Below, piece after piece: positions 28,570 through 38,746 of a stretch of 64,000 bases of DNA (its first letter is position 1; each line of letters opens with the position of its first letter). The notes under the pieces are model-generated. The model was not told the DNA's origin. It made no database searches and worked only from the letters and a program-made list of their open reading frames with translations. The translations under genes were made by a program, and so were the position numbers. Source of the DNA: Blastocatellia bacterium (lineage in GTDB: Bacteria; Acidobacteriota; Blastocatellia; UBA7656); assembly GCA_963728545.1 (NCBI GenBank), contig CAVSKO010000002.1:2924477-2988476 (forward strand), given 5' to 3'.

Positions 28570-29643
28570 ATGATTAAGAAGCTATCGGCAATCACCGTCG
28601 TGTTCGTCCTTGCGGTGTGCGGCGCAACTTCCGTCTACGCGCAGGATTGGGAGCGCGCCGTATCGCTGTTTAACCAGAAGCAATTTCGCCCGGCAATTCG
28701 CGAATTCCACGCCGTGTTGAAGACCAACCCCGATTACTGGCAGGCATGGTATTACATAGGCGCGGGCCATTTTCAATTGCAAGGGTATGAAGATTCCATC
28801 GATGCCTTTCAGAATTACCTCAAAGGCGCAGTAAAAGACGAAAAGGCGCAGGCTACGGCCAACTACTACATAGGCTTTTCGGAGTACCAGCTAAAACAAT
28901 ATGACAAGGCCATACCGGCGTTTGCCAGGTACGTACAGCTTTCCGACAAGCTACAGCAGAAGGTTGACGTGACGGCGCGGGCGGCGCTGGGGCGCGCTTA
29001 CATATTCACGGAGCGGTTCAGCGAAGCGATACCCGTGTTGACGGCCTCGGCAGCCGAGATGAAAACGAACGCGACCAACTATTATTTCATCGGCTACGCG
29101 CAGCAAAAGCTCGGTCGCAGCGATCTGGCCATCACCGCGTTGAATCAGGGATTGGCAATAGCGCCTCAAGACGTTGACACGCTTACGCTGATAACGGACA
29201 TCTACCTGACGCAGACGAAGCAGAACCCCGCGGCTGCGAAACAGGCAATCGTGACGGGAGAAAAACTGTTGCTCGTGCGCAACGACGAGCGGACCTGGGG
29301 CGTAGTGGGTCAGGCTTATTTGATCGACAAGCAATACGCAAAGGCCGCGCCGCTGCTTGATAAGTATGCTCGCGCTCACATGGATTCCGGCCCGGCGTGG
29401 CACAGCCTGGGGATAGCGCTATCCCGCTCGTCGCAATGGAAGCCCGCCGCCGAAGCCCTTGAACAGGCCGTCAAGCTCGTGCCGAACAACCTGGGCGCGC
29501 TATTAGAGATGGGCTACGTCTACGAGAGCGACAAGCAATACGACAAGGCGCTTTCAGCCTATGAGCGAGCTTACGAAGTATCGGGACGCCGCGACGAAAA
29601 CATTCGCGCATCAATCGAGCGGGTCAAACAGTACAAACCCTAA
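28570..29643 (+). CDS. Secreted TPR-repeat protein
   Basis: Signal peptide followed by repeated TPR-like units (W…YY.G….G.Y..A…F). Confidence 0.7.
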   Translation: MIKKLSAITVVFVLAVCGATSVYAQDWERAVSLFNQKQFRPAIREFHAVLKTNPDYWQAWYYIGAGHFQLQGYEDSIDAFQNYLKGAVKDEKAQATANYYIGFSEYQLKQYDKAIPAFARYVQLSDKLQQKVDVTARAALGRAYIFTERFSEAIPVLTASAAEMKTNATNYYFIGYAQQKLGRSDLAITALNQGLAIAPQDVDTLTLITDIYLTQTKQNPAAAKQAIVTGEKLLLVRNDERTWGVVGQAYLIDKQYAKAAPLLDKYARAHMDSGPAWHSLGIALSRSSQWKPAAEALEQAVKLVPNNLGALLEMGYVYESDKQYDKALSAYERAYEVSGRRDENIRASIERVKQYKP

Positions 29644-29679
29644 ACGTTTCTAAGTCCTGAGTGCTGAAAGGGTGTCTGA

Positions 29680-29868
29680 AAAGCCTCGAAGAGGCGAAAT
29701 TCATTAGCCTGGGGCGCTAGCCCCAGGTCAACGCCGGACAAAATGACAAGCCCTGAGAGGGCGAAATAACCCGAACGATTTATTTCGCCCTCTCAGGGCT
29801 TGTTCTCTTCTGCATGCGTTACCCGGCGCGCGGCAGCCGGGCTATTGAATTTCGCCTCTTCGAGGCTT
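29680..29868. mobile_element. Family B MITE-like element, copy 2
   Basis: AAAGCCTCGAAGAGGCGAAATTCATTAGCC … GGCTATTGAATTTCGCCTCTTCGAGGCTTT. Flanked by the direct repeat TAAGTCCTGAGTG (29651-29663 and 29898-29910). Confidence 0.7.
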
Positions 29869-29940
29869 TTGAACTACCTTTTCAGACATCCGCTGAGTCA
29901 TAAGTCCTGAGTGAGAGACAAAGCAGCGTGCTGATGTTTT

Positions 29941-31017
29941 TTACTCATCTCTCATCACTTCATTTATGTTTGTCACTCTCTCTAGCCCTTCGAAGGCTGC
30001 GGCCTGTATCTCAAGCTCAAGGCTCCCTCCCGCATCAAGACTGAGCGCCTCGCCGCGTGCGGCCGCGCGTTCGAGTATCGGAAAAGTCGAGCAAGGCTCA
30101 AGCGCGATATTGTATGTGGAAGACCACCAGGGATAATCGCGCCCCCCTCCGTACACTTGCCAGTACCATAACACCTTGAATATTTCAGCCGGGTAGCGCA
30201 GCGCGAATCCCACGCGCGAAGCGGTGTTTGTTACGGCGTACCAGCCATCTGTGATGCGGTCGAGAAAAACCATGTCGTGCGCGGCGGCTTCGGGTCCGGG
30301 AATGCGCGACAGGTCAACGGGCTTTCCCTCGCGCCCTTCGGCCATCGGCCAGTCGCCGGATTGATCCGGCTTTAAACGCGACGTTGCGGGTGTGAACTCT
30401 CCAAACGTTAGTATGCGACAGTCCGGCACGTCTACGCGGCAATGCTCGTCTATGAACGGCCAGCCAAAGGCGGGGTGCTGGCCCCAGGTAAAATCGACCG
30501 CTTGCCCGCCTTCGTTGGTGACGCGCTCGCTCAACCGCAGCACGGATTCTTTGCGGCGCAGAGCGACTGTTTTTACGAGATGGAACGGGGTGCGAACTGT
30601 CCGAACTTCAAAGCGAACTTCAATCTCTTCGGGGTCGTCGCGAGTGATCGCATAACGCCAGGGGAGCAAGAGCACTTCCCCGTGCTGGCCTATCTCTGCG
30701 CCCTGGTGAAGCGAACGCCCGCCGCAGTTCGGGAAAAGCTCTTGCCAGCCGCCCTCGTAATAGTCCATGTGCGGGCCCGGTTCGCGGGCAGTGGTCGGCG
30801 TGAAGTGAGCGCGATCTACAAGCCCGGCGCGCGTGCGCCAAAGAAAATCAACGTCGCGCGGTTTGTAAAGAAACTCGTATATGTCGGCGCCCTTGTCCGC
30901 GATGATCGTGACTCGGAGCTTTTCGTTTTCCAGCGCGACGCACCTGTACCCTTTATGAATGAATTCCGTTATGCGACACCCGTAATTGCGATTGTGATTG
31001 TATGCCTGATAGGTCAT
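29941..31017 (-). CDS. Aldose-1-epimerase-like (galactose mutarotase fold / DUF4432-like) protein
   Basis: Weak recognition only: size and motif pattern (…GGWQELFPN…HGE…) resemble mutarotase-like proteins. Confidence 0.4.
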   Translation of the reverse strand: MTYQAYNHNRNYGCRITEFIHKGYRCVALENEKLRVTIIADKGADIYEFLYKPRDVDFLWRTRAGLVDRAHFTPTTAREPGPHMDYYEGGWQELFPNCGGRSLHQGAEIGQHGEVLLLPWRYAITRDDPEEIEVRFEVRTVRTPFHLVKTVALRRKESVLRLSERVTNEGGQAVDFTWGQHPAFGWPFIDEHCRVDVPDCRILTFGEFTPATSRLKPDQSGDWPMAEGREGKPVDLSRIPGPEAAAHDMVFLDRITDGWYAVTNTASRVGFALRYPAEIFKVLWYWQVYGGGRDYPWWSSTYNIALEPCSTFPILERAAARGEALSLDAGGSLELEIQAAAFEGLERVTNINEVMRDE

Positions 31018-31087
31018 TTGCTCGTCTCTGATCGAGGGTTAGAAGATTATCACGCCGTCAGGTTTCACGACAGCGAGTTAACTGCTA

Positions 31088-31801
31088 ATGTCAGAAAATA
31101 TGATCGAGCAGAAGAAAGCTGTAGCGCTTTTGAGCGGCGGGCTTGATTCGACGACCGCGCTTGCCGTGGCAAAGAAGGAAGGTTACGAGTTGTATGCGTT
31201 GTCTTTTAGTTACGGGCAGCGGCATTCAATCGAGCTTGAGAGCGCGGCTCGCGTGGCCCGCGCGCTTGATGTAAAAAAGCACTTGATCTTAGACTGCGAT
31301 CTGCGCTCCATCGGCGGCTCGGCATTGACCGATCAGATAGAAGTCCCAAAGCACCGTTCCGAGCAAGAGATCGGCTCAGGCATTCCCGTAACCTACGTGC
31401 CCGCGCGCAACACAATTTTTTTGTCATTCGCGCTCGCGTGGGCCGAAGTGATCGGCGCGGAAGACATATTCATCGGAATAAACGCGATTGACTTTAGTGG
31501 TTATCCCGATTGCCGCCCTGAGTTCATCGAGGCATTCGAGCGGATGGCGAACCTGGCTACAAAGGCGGGAGTCGAGGGCCGGCAGAAGCTACACATTCAC
31601 ACGCCGCTCGTAAGCCTGACGAAAGCCGAGATCATAAAGACCGGCCTCGGCCTCGGCGTCGATTATTCGCTCACGCACAGTTGTTATGACCCTACAACAG
31701 ATGGTTTGGCCTGCGGCAAGTGCGACAGTTGTTTGCTGCGGTTGAAAGGATTCGCGGAGGCCGGGGCGCGCGACCCGTTGCGCTACAAAGAGGGTCAATA
31801 A
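31088..31801 (+). CDS. queC: 7-cyano-7-deazaguanine synthase
   Basis: [38 protein letters not shown]… is a PP-loop. The C-terminus carries the CxxC…C zinc motif. Confidence 0.9.
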   Translation: MSENMIEQKKAVALLSGGLDSTTALAVAKKEGYELYALSFSYGQRHSIELESAARVARALDVKKHLILDCDLRSIGGSALTDQIEVPKHRSEQEIGSGIPVTYVPARNTIFLSFALAWAEVIGAEDIFIGINAIDFSGYPDCRPEFIEAFERMANLATKAGVEGRQKLHIHTPLVSLTKAEIIKTGLGLGVDYSLTHSCYDPTTDGLACGKCDSCLLRLKGFAEAGARDPLRYKEGQ

Positions 31802-31874
31802 TTATATCCACGAAGCGCGCAAACCATCGCTAAGAAATCTATTCGTATTTCTTCGCGCGCTTCGTGGATAAATT

Positions 31875-32462
31875 CTATTGCGGGGTCTGTATAATCTCCG
31901 AAGCGATGTCGGGGCCGTAAAGATTATTAGAAGTAGAGGGCAAGAACTCTCTGTACCTCCACTTGGTATGATCGAGCCATTCCATTCCGTCCATGATCTT
32001 GGTAGTCTTTCCCGTCTTCGGATTGTATAGGAACATCCCGCGAGTGGTGATCGTGTAAACAGGCACTCCCAGCTTGAGAGAAATCTGTTGGTCTTCGGGA
32101 GAGGGTCTGGGATCGATGCTGTTCGGATGAGTGTGGACAATGGCAACTGCATTGGGAACCCATTTGAAAGTAAATTTCTTGAATTGATTTGTGTTCCCCT
32201 GAGACTTCGCTTTGTAGCTGCCATCAAGCATTCGGAAGATCAAGACTACGCCCTCCAGATTTGAAGCCCCCGCGCTCGACACCGCCCAGGCTTTCTCGAA
32301 CTCTTTTATTATCGACCTGTCGATTCTGCCCACCTTGACGGCGGATTCCGTATCGGCAGGCTCGGACCCCGGTTCGGTGACAGGCCCGATTTCGGCAAAA
32401 GCTGCTACTAGAAAACAGGTGTTGGAAAGAAATACAGCCAGCATCCATGATCTCTTTTTCAT
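31875..32462 (-). CDS. Secreted protein with a JAMM/MPN-like metal motif (HTHPNSIDPRPSPEDQ = HxH-x7-S-x2-D)
   Basis: Signal peptide MKKRSWMLAVFLSNTCFLVAAFA and the full JAMM signature. The region is more AT-rich than the window average. Confidence 0.45.
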   Translation of the reverse strand: MKKRSWMLAVFLSNTCFLVAAFAEIGPVTEPGSEPADTESAVKVGRIDRSIIKEFEKAWAVSSAGASNLEGVVLIFRMLDGSYKAKSQGNTNQFKKFTFKWVPNAVAIVHTHPNSIDPRPSPEDQQISLKLGVPVYTITTRGMFLYNPKTGKTTKIMDGMEWLDHTKWRYREFLPSTSNNLYGPDIASEIIQTPQ

Positions 32463-32822
32463 ATAGCGCACTCCTTGCGGTTGACCGTTGGGCACTGGTC
32501 ACGCTGCGCCTGAGAGGAAGGCTTCGGATGCCAGATATAAAGGAGGTGCAGCTATCTGTGGAATGTAGGCCGGTTTCCTCTTCTGCAATTCCAAGATAGC
32601 TGCACTCTGGCGCAAGAGAAGCCTGCGGCTAATATATTTGAAGTATTAGCAAGTGGTATTAACTTTGTGACCAGACACCCAAATTTCGTGACGGGATTGC
32701 ATTGAGGTGTGATGAATCCTTTTCAAGTTTTCCGGCAATAATTTGAATCTCACTTCGCTATCATGATTTCGGGCACTCTTGGTACTATGGCTGCCTCAAG
32801 TATCGCGAGCAAAGATTAATCA

Positions 32823-33404
32823 ATGATGAAACGCGCCGCTAATCGTCGCCCTCTGATTCTGATCATTGCTTTGTCGCTTGTGGCGTTTAGCCTCACGGGT
32901 TGCGGCGATGACGAGACGGAGGAGAATTCCAGCCGTCCCGCGCCGCGCCGCTCTTCGCGATCTCAACCCGGTCAGCCTTCGGCGGCCGACCGTCCGACGC
33001 CCGATAACCAGGCAGAACTCGCCGAGATACGGCGCACGATCCATGAACAGGTTAATCAGCACCGTCAATCTCTGGGCCTGAGACCGCTCACGCTCGTCCC
33101 GCTTATCAGCAATCAGGCTGAAGTTCACAGCCGCGATATGGCGAGCGGAAGGGTTGCCTTCGGCCACGACGGATTCAAAACAAGGGTTGAGCGCATAGCT
33201 CAACAACTGCCTCATAAAAGCAGCGCGGAAAATGTGGCGACTAATCGCGGCTTCGACGACCCTGCCAGAGAAGCGGTAATAGGATGGTTGAACAGCCCCG
33301 GACATCGCAAGAACATAGAAGGCCGATACGAGCTGACGGGCATTGGTATCACTAAGGATGAGAAGAACGAGTATTACTTCACGCAGATCTTCCTGCACAG
33401 ATGA
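32823..33404 (+). CDS. CAP (SCP/PR-1-like) domain lipoprotein
   Basis: Lipobox SLTGCG. …GHDGFKTRVERI…ENVA…GWLNSPGHRKNIEG… are CAP-domain signatures. Confidence 0.7.
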   Translation: MMKRAANRRPLILIIALSLVAFSLTGCGDDETEENSSRPAPRRSSRSQPGQPSAADRPTPDNQAELAEIRRTIHEQVNQHRQSLGLRPLTLVPLISNQAEVHSRDMASGRVAFGHDGFKTRVERIAQQLPHKSSAENVATNRGFDDPAREAVIGWLNSPGHRKNIEGRYELTGIGITKDEKNEYYFTQIFLHR

Positions 33405-33462
33405 GGGCTCTGCACAAAAACAGAATGCTCAAGTTTGTTAATTCAAGTTTCCAGTAATGAAG

Positions 33463-33650
33463 AGTCCCGGAGGGACTCAGGGATATTAGCCGGTGGTGTA
33501 ACCACCGGATTGTGCGGGCACACGATCTCGCGCCCTGGAAGGGCGCAGGATCAAATCACTGTCCTGCGCCCTTCCAGGGCGCGGTTTATTTGGGTAACCA
33601 GTTCCGGTGGTTGCACCACCGGCTAATATCTTTTGCGCCTCCGGCGCAAT
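33463..33650. repeat. Family C palindromic repeat, copy 2
   Basis: ATTAGCCGGTGGTGTAACCACCGG … CCGGTGGTTGCACCACCGGCTAATATCTTTT. Confidence 0.6.
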
Positions 33651-33670
33651 TACTCAAATAGCAACTCGAA

Positions 33671-35815
33671 TTAATTAACTTTCTCTAAATCTCTACTGGC
33701 TTCACGAAGCAAGGCCGCGTTCTTCGATATTGCGTCGGCAAGTATGCGCGCCTGCTCGCGGGCCGTCTTCAAATCGTTTTTCTCCACGGCTTCGGTAAGG
33801 CCCGGCAGCTCAAGATGAGCATAGGTGAATCGCGCGGCGTACAGAATATGTTTAAACCACGGGCGTCCGGGAATACCTTCGGGGTTCAGCCAGTTCGATT
33901 CCACTTGCATGATATGACGGTTAACGTGCGCGGCCTTCGCGGGCGTAAGGCTTTCGGAAGCAAGCGATTTTTCTATGGCGCGGTTTAGTTGCCGACCCGC
34001 TTGTTGAAACTCATCGATGAGGCTGCGCACAGAATCGAGATTTAAACCGCGCTGTGCATTCTTGTTCTTTTGAAGCTCGGTTACGAACTGGCGAATGTTG
34101 TCGGCGTAAAAATCGAAATCGAACGGCAGAACGTCGGCGTTGGCTAACCTGAGCGCAAGAACGCCCCACACGACCGACATAAAAGCGTGATAGCGATAGC
34201 CGGGATCGCCGAATTTATTCATCCAGTAGAAATTGTCATACATCGAATGGTAAACGCCGTAAGGCCCGTCGAAAGTCAATCCGACGGTCGGGCGGCCCAG
34301 GAAATTTAAAAAGACCGTGTGGTCAGAGCCGCTGCCTATGCGCGTGTTGACCATCTCGGAATCGCGGACGGCGCGGCGCTTACCGGCGGGCTGTTCGCTT
34401 GCAATCGACCTTTTCCACTCGGCGTACAGGCTGACGCCTTTTGGCGTTTTGAGCTGGCGGCTCACCTCTAAGATCAAAGGGGCTAGCGAGGCGACTGCCG
34501 AAGGCCGGAAATCCGGCCCCGAAACCGAAGAGTTGACGTTGAGGTAAGCTACCAGCTTTTCCTTCAACTCGTCCGCGAAGTGCTCGCCCCATTCGGTCGA
34601 GCCTGTCAAAGCCAGTTCTTCGCCGTCCCAACTGCACACCACAAGCGTCCGGCGCGGGCGCACGCCTCGGCTTTTCATCTCGCCCAGCGCGCGTGACAAC
34701 TCCATCATCGAAGCGGTCCCGCTCGAAGGATCAACGCCGCCAAACTCCCACGCATCGCGATGATTGCCCAGCACTATCCACTCATCGGGAATTTCCGACC
34801 CGCGTATTCGAGCTTCGACTACGTAATTAGGTCGCACGCTCGTATCCATATCGACTTTCAAATGAACGCGCACGCGGTTGCCGCCCATCCGATACTTGAT
34901 AGGCAATCCGCCCTGCCAACTCGCGGGCGCAACAGGCCCGTCCATGTTTTCGAGTAACGGCTTTGCGTCGCGCCACGACATAGGCAGCGCGATGATCTTA
35001 GGGACGGAAACAGCCTCGTTGATAGGAATGCGTTTCGCGCCCTCAATTGATGCCCAGCCCGGAGTCAGAGGGTCGCCCGCCACCATGAAATCATAAGTGA
35101 TAGCGCCGCGCTGTATGTGGCTCTCCGGCCCCCACGGGCCGTTCGGAAATACTTTGCCGCGTTTGAACCCGTCTTCGGCAGGGTCGGAGTAAATAATCAT
35201 CGCGGCTGCGCCTTCGCGCTCCGCCGTCAGCGCCTTGAAGCCGCGATAGCTGTAAGGATTTGAGTAACGCACGATCACGACTTTGCCGCGCACATCTATG
35301 CCGCGTTTGCGCAGCAGGGCATAATCTTCCGGGTTGCCGCTGTGCGCGTAGACAAGCGGCGCGGTGATTTCGCCCGAAGCCGAAAATCCCGTGTAACCCG
35401 TCCGCACATTTTTATTGCTCGTGTCGGGATCGACGTCGTAAGCGTCTTCGCGGAGGCTCGCGCGGTAACGGACGGGGCTGACCATCTCCAACGAGACTTC
35501 GCGCGGATGAGAATCGAGCACGTCATAGCGGTGTATGCGCACATCTTCCCAGCCCTGCTTCTTCCATTCTTCGGCGATGTGGCGCGCCAGCTCGTTGTTG
35601 CGCTCTGAACCGGCGGGGTGCGGCTCGGCTGTAAAAAGGCGGTGAGCCGCGCGCGCTTTTTCTGTAGAAGGAATGCTCGCGAGCTGTTTTTCTATCTGCC
35701 TTTGCGCTTGAGCGCGGCGCGCAGAAAAGCCGGTCATGCGATTTTGAGCAAACGCTCTGAGGTCGGTTCCGGCGAGCGTTATTATTAATAACGTCCAGAC
35801 AAACGATTTCTTCAT
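33671..35815 (-). CDS. M28-family peptidase with PA domain and transferrin-receptor-like dimerisation domain (glutamate carboxypeptidase II-like)
   Basis: 714 aa with a signal peptide. The architecture and motifs (…HRDAWEFGGVDPSSGTA…, …SWDGEE…) are typical of M28B/PSMA-like enzymes. Confidence 0.75.
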   Translation of the reverse strand: MKKSFVWTLLIITLAGTDLRAFAQNRMTGFSARRAQAQRQIEKQLASIPSTEKARAAHRLFTAEPHPAGSERNNELARHIAEEWKKQGWEDVRIHRYDVLDSHPREVSLEMVSPVRYRASLREDAYDVDPDTSNKNVRTGYTGFSASGEITAPLVYAHSGNPEDYALLRKRGIDVRGKVVIVRYSNPYSYRGFKALTAEREGAAAMIIYSDPAEDGFKRGKVFPNGPWGPESHIQRGAITYDFMVAGDPLTPGWASIEGAKRIPINEAVSVPKIIALPMSWRDAKPLLENMDGPVAPASWQGGLPIKYRMGGNRVRVHLKVDMDTSVRPNYVVEARIRGSEIPDEWIVLGNHRDAWEFGGVDPSSGTASMMELSRALGEMKSRGVRPRRTLVVCSWDGEELALTGSTEWGEHFADELKEKLVAYLNVNSSVSGPDFRPSAVASLAPLILEVSRQLKTPKGVSLYAEWKRSIASEQPAGKRRAVRDSEMVNTRIGSGSDHTVFLNFLGRPTVGLTFDGPYGVYHSMYDNFYWMNKFGDPGYRYHAFMSVVWGVLALRLANADVLPFDFDFYADNIRQFVTELQKNKNAQRGLNLDSVRSLIDEFQQAGRQLNRAIEKSLASESLTPAKAAHVNRHIMQVESNWLNPEGIPGRPWFKHILYAARFTYAHLELPGLTEAVEKNDLKTAREQARILADAISKNAALLREASRDLEKVN

Positions 35816-35835
35816 GGCAAAATGGTGTAACCGCG

Positions 35836-36090
35836 TTAAGACAGATGGGCGCTTACGATTCCTTTATGCTGCCTTTCAGAGAAAGCTGGCGCGAACAGAC
35901 AATTGACAGCCCGGGCTATTTTTTCTGCCCCACCGGGTTCAAAATAAATCTCATTACACCGATCACATACCCATGCTTTAAAGCCGGATAACTTCACTTT
36001 GACACCCTCTTTCTCGAACTCTTGAAAGATTTTCTTTCTCCTCAACCTGCCTCCGCATTCGGAGCAAGGGGCTTTCATTATTTCTTTCAT
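35836..36090 (-). CDS. Small zinc-ribbon protein, YgiT/MqsA-N-terminal-type zinc finger
   Basis: CSECGG…(24 aa)…CDRCNEIYFEP. Two CxxC pairs with spacing like the MqsA N-terminal domain. No HTH half is present. Confidence 0.4.
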   Translation of the reverse strand: MKEIMKAPCSECGGRLRRKKIFQEFEKEGVKVKLSGFKAWVCDRCNEIYFEPGGAEKIARAVNCLFAPAFSERQHKGIVSAHLS

Positions 36091-36093
36091 ATA

Positions 36094-37782
36094 TTACGTT
36101 CGTTGAGCGAGCGGATATTTTGGCTCGATGTCTACGGGCACATTGCCGAGCCGATCCAGCGCCTTTTGCAAAACGGGGCGAACCACGGCGTATTTTTCGA
36201 GCATCGCTTTCGCTTTCTCGTAATTGCCTTCGGCCTGTATTGTGAGAATCTCTGCGGTCAGCTTGCGGACGCCTTCTTTGATTCGAGCGGGATCTATGCT
36301 GAAAGTGCCTGCCGCTTCGTTTGCCTTGATAGCGCCTTCGTCAATCAGGTAATTGAATTGCAGCGCGACCCCCTTGCCGTGCGCTTCGGTGATGCCGAAC
36401 CGGACGGAGCGAAACACGCTCGCCAGAAAAGTGGTATACATCTGTTGCTCCATCTGGCGGTTGACCAGCCCTTTGTCTATCAAATACTGCAAAGCGAACA
36501 GCCCCGTGATGTCTGCCTTTGCTTCTTCGAGCGCAGAGTAATTCTCTTTCAACTGTTGCCGCACGGTCGTCTCGCGGCCCTCGACCTTGATGTTATGCGG
36601 GCCAAGCCCGTGGACAAGCTCGTGCGCGAGAATGTGTGTGAAGAAGGCATCAAACGAGATTTCGGATTGCTGCGACGGGTCCAGCACCACCTTCGATATA
36701 GGGATCAAGGTCTTGTTGAATTTCGCCTCCTGGACGTTTTTCAACATCACGCGCTTCGAGCCTTTCTCTTTCACCACCCGCTCGTCGTTCGGGAGGTTGT
36801 AGGCCGCAGTCTGCACGCCTTGATTCGCCTCGCCCGAAGTGAAGACTACATCGACGACGCGTATGGGCGAAGCCGCGCCCAGTTTCGGGTTGCGATAACG
36901 CTCATCCAAGGGGAGGTTGTTTTCGATCTCTTGAAGGTAGCTGCTGAACTTTGCCAGCTTCGCCGTTTCCGTGTCATCCCTGAGCGTGATGAATGCTTCA
37001 AACGCAGCTTTGTAGCTGAACCACTCATCCTCGTAAGTTTCATACGGCCCTATCGTCACATCGATCGGCGAATCGAGTTCCATCCACGCGACGTCGCTTT
37101 CGTAGTAATCATCATTCATAAATGCTGCGGCGCGCTTTGTAAGAAAAGTTTTTAGAGTCGGGGTGGTCGTAAGCTCTGCCGCTTCGCGAAGCAGGCGGGC
37201 CGCAGGCTCAAGAAACTGGCGGTACTCCTGGCTGTAAGGCACCGTCTTGAGCTTGCCCGAATCGTCGCGCCTGATCGTGTAAAAGAACCCTGTAGCGCGC
37301 CTTCGCTCTTCCTCCGGCAGCCCCTTAACCCAGGCTTCAAAATCCGTTTTGGTCAGATCGTCAGGATAAAAACCTGCCTGAGGCGGTTTCTCGTGCGGCA
37401 CGCCGTCGATGAACGGCTCGTTTTTATCCAGCCGCGACCAGGGGCCTTTGTTGATCATGAAATAGTGCAGCCGCGCTTGACCGGCGGGGCTTTTATCGGC
37501 TTTGAGTTTCTCAAGCAGCGCGACATTGCCGCTCCAGACCTGGCGCAGGTACGCATCATCCAGGTAGCGCGCCGCTTCTATGATCTTATCCAGGGCTTTG
37601 CGGTCGCCCTCCGACAGGCGCGACACATCGGCGGTGACATCGGTCGGAGCGAACCGCCCTGCCTTTGTTTCGAGAGCAGTTTCTTCAGGGGTTTTCATAG
37701 AATCTATTTTCTGAGTCGCACAGCCGGGCATTAAAATACTTGCAATGATCGCTATCAAACAGACCGTTATCCGAAGTTTCAT
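36094..37782 (-). CDS. Putative zinc metallopeptidase lipoprotein (HEXXH: AHELVHGLGPH)
   Basis: Lipobox LMPGCAT. A single HEXXH motif in a 562-aa protein. Family not recognised. Confidence 0.45.
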   Translation of the reverse strand: MKLRITVCLIAIIASILMPGCATQKIDSMKTPEETALETKAGRFAPTDVTADVSRLSEGDRKALDKIIEAARYLDDAYLRQVWSGNVALLEKLKADKSPAGQARLHYFMINKGPWSRLDKNEPFIDGVPHEKPPQAGFYPDDLTKTDFEAWVKGLPEEERRRATGFFYTIRRDDSGKLKTVPYSQEYRQFLEPAARLLREAAELTTTPTLKTFLTKRAAAFMNDDYYESDVAWMELDSPIDVTIGPYETYEDEWFSYKAAFEAFITLRDDTETAKLAKFSSYLQEIENNLPLDERYRNPKLGAASPIRVVDVVFTSGEANQGVQTAAYNLPNDERVVKEKGSKRVMLKNVQEAKFNKTLIPISKVVLDPSQQSEISFDAFFTHILAHELVHGLGPHNIKVEGRETTVRQQLKENYSALEEAKADITGLFALQYLIDKGLVNRQMEQQMYTTFLASVFRSVRFGITEAHGKGVALQFNYLIDEGAIKANEAAGTFSIDPARIKEGVRKLTAEILTIQAEGNYEKAKAMLEKYAVVRPVLQKALDRLGNVPVDIEPKYPLAQRT

Positions 37783-37909
37783 CGTTCATCTCTCCTGTTC
37801 AAAGTAGTGCTATCTTACAGCGAGCGCGAGGCGTTAGTCATGAGCAATTATTAACCTCACCTTTTAGCTTCGTTGACCCGGTTGACAATGTCCGTTTATC
37901 TAATTATGC

Positions 37910-38734
37910 TTGCGCCCATTCCTGACAAGAAATGGAGGCACCCGGTTGATCGCGCCTGCACTACCTCAGAGGCATCTCGACTCCCCGCACGATGTCAGAA
38001 TAATAATCCTAATAATTCTCGCAGGAATAATTCTCGCAGTCTCGGCCTGCGGCAAAAATTCCGTGCCGGGCGGCAAAATTAATTCCGGCTCGAACTCCGG
38101 CAACCTGCTGACGCTCGAAGTCTCTTTGCCCGAATCTAAGTACGCCGACGAAAGACAGCGCATCGCTTTCTTTCGAGAAGCGCTAGAACGAATCAAGGCT
38201 TTGCCCGGCGTAGAATCTGCCGGCGCAGTCAGCACGCCTCCGTCGAGCGACAACAAGCAGAGCGTCAGGTTCACTATAGAGGCGACACCCGGCGAAGAGA
38301 TAGATGCCATACCGGCGGGGTTCAACGTAATCAGTCCCGGCTATTTTCAGACGCTAATGATCCCTCTGCTTGTGGGCAGGAATTTGACCGATAGGGACAA
38401 CGCAGACAGCATGAGGGTCGTTGTTATAAATGAGACGCTGGCCCGCCGCTTCTTTTCCAACCAGGACCCCATCGGCAAGCGCGTCCAGTTCGGCGATATG
38501 GAAGAACAAGGCTCTCCTGTTGAGATTGTCGGAGTCGTGGGCGACTTTAAATACTCCGATTCGGCCGACCCGGAGCCTGAGTTTTATATCTCTTACCTTC
38601 AAGCCTCACTGCCGGTTATGACTATAGTCGTGCGGGCCTCCGGGGATGCGAAAGACCTGGCCGAAAGCGTCGAGCGCGAGGTCAAAGCCGTTGACGGGGA
38701 GGTCACGATCTCTAACGTCGGGACTATGAAGTAG
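37910..38734 (+). CDS. MacB-like periplasmic core domain protein, probably a remnant of an ADOP/FtsX-type ABC permease
   Basis: Lipobox AVSACG. A MacB_PCD-like region (…FFREALERIKALPGVESAG…IGKRVQFGD…VEIVGVVGDFKY…MTIVVRASGDAKDLAESVEREVKAVDGEVTISNVGTMK) ends exactly where FtsX TM helices would begin. The family A repeat starts 13 bp later. The start codon is uncertain. Confidence 0.5.
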   Translation: MRPFLTRNGGTRLIAPALPQRHLDSPHDVRIIILIILAGIILAVSACGKNSVPGGKINSGSNSGNLLTLEVSLPESKYADERQRIAFFREALERIKALPGVESAGAVSTPPSSDNKQSVRFTIEATPGEEIDAIPAGFNVISPGYFQTLMIPLLVGRNLTDRDNADSMRVVVINETLARRFFSNQDPIGKRVQFGDMEEQGSPVEIVGVVGDFKYSDSADPEPEFYISYLQASLPVMTIVVRASGDAKDLAESVEREVKAVDGEVTISNVGTMK

Positions 38735-38746
38735 TGAGCCGAAAAC

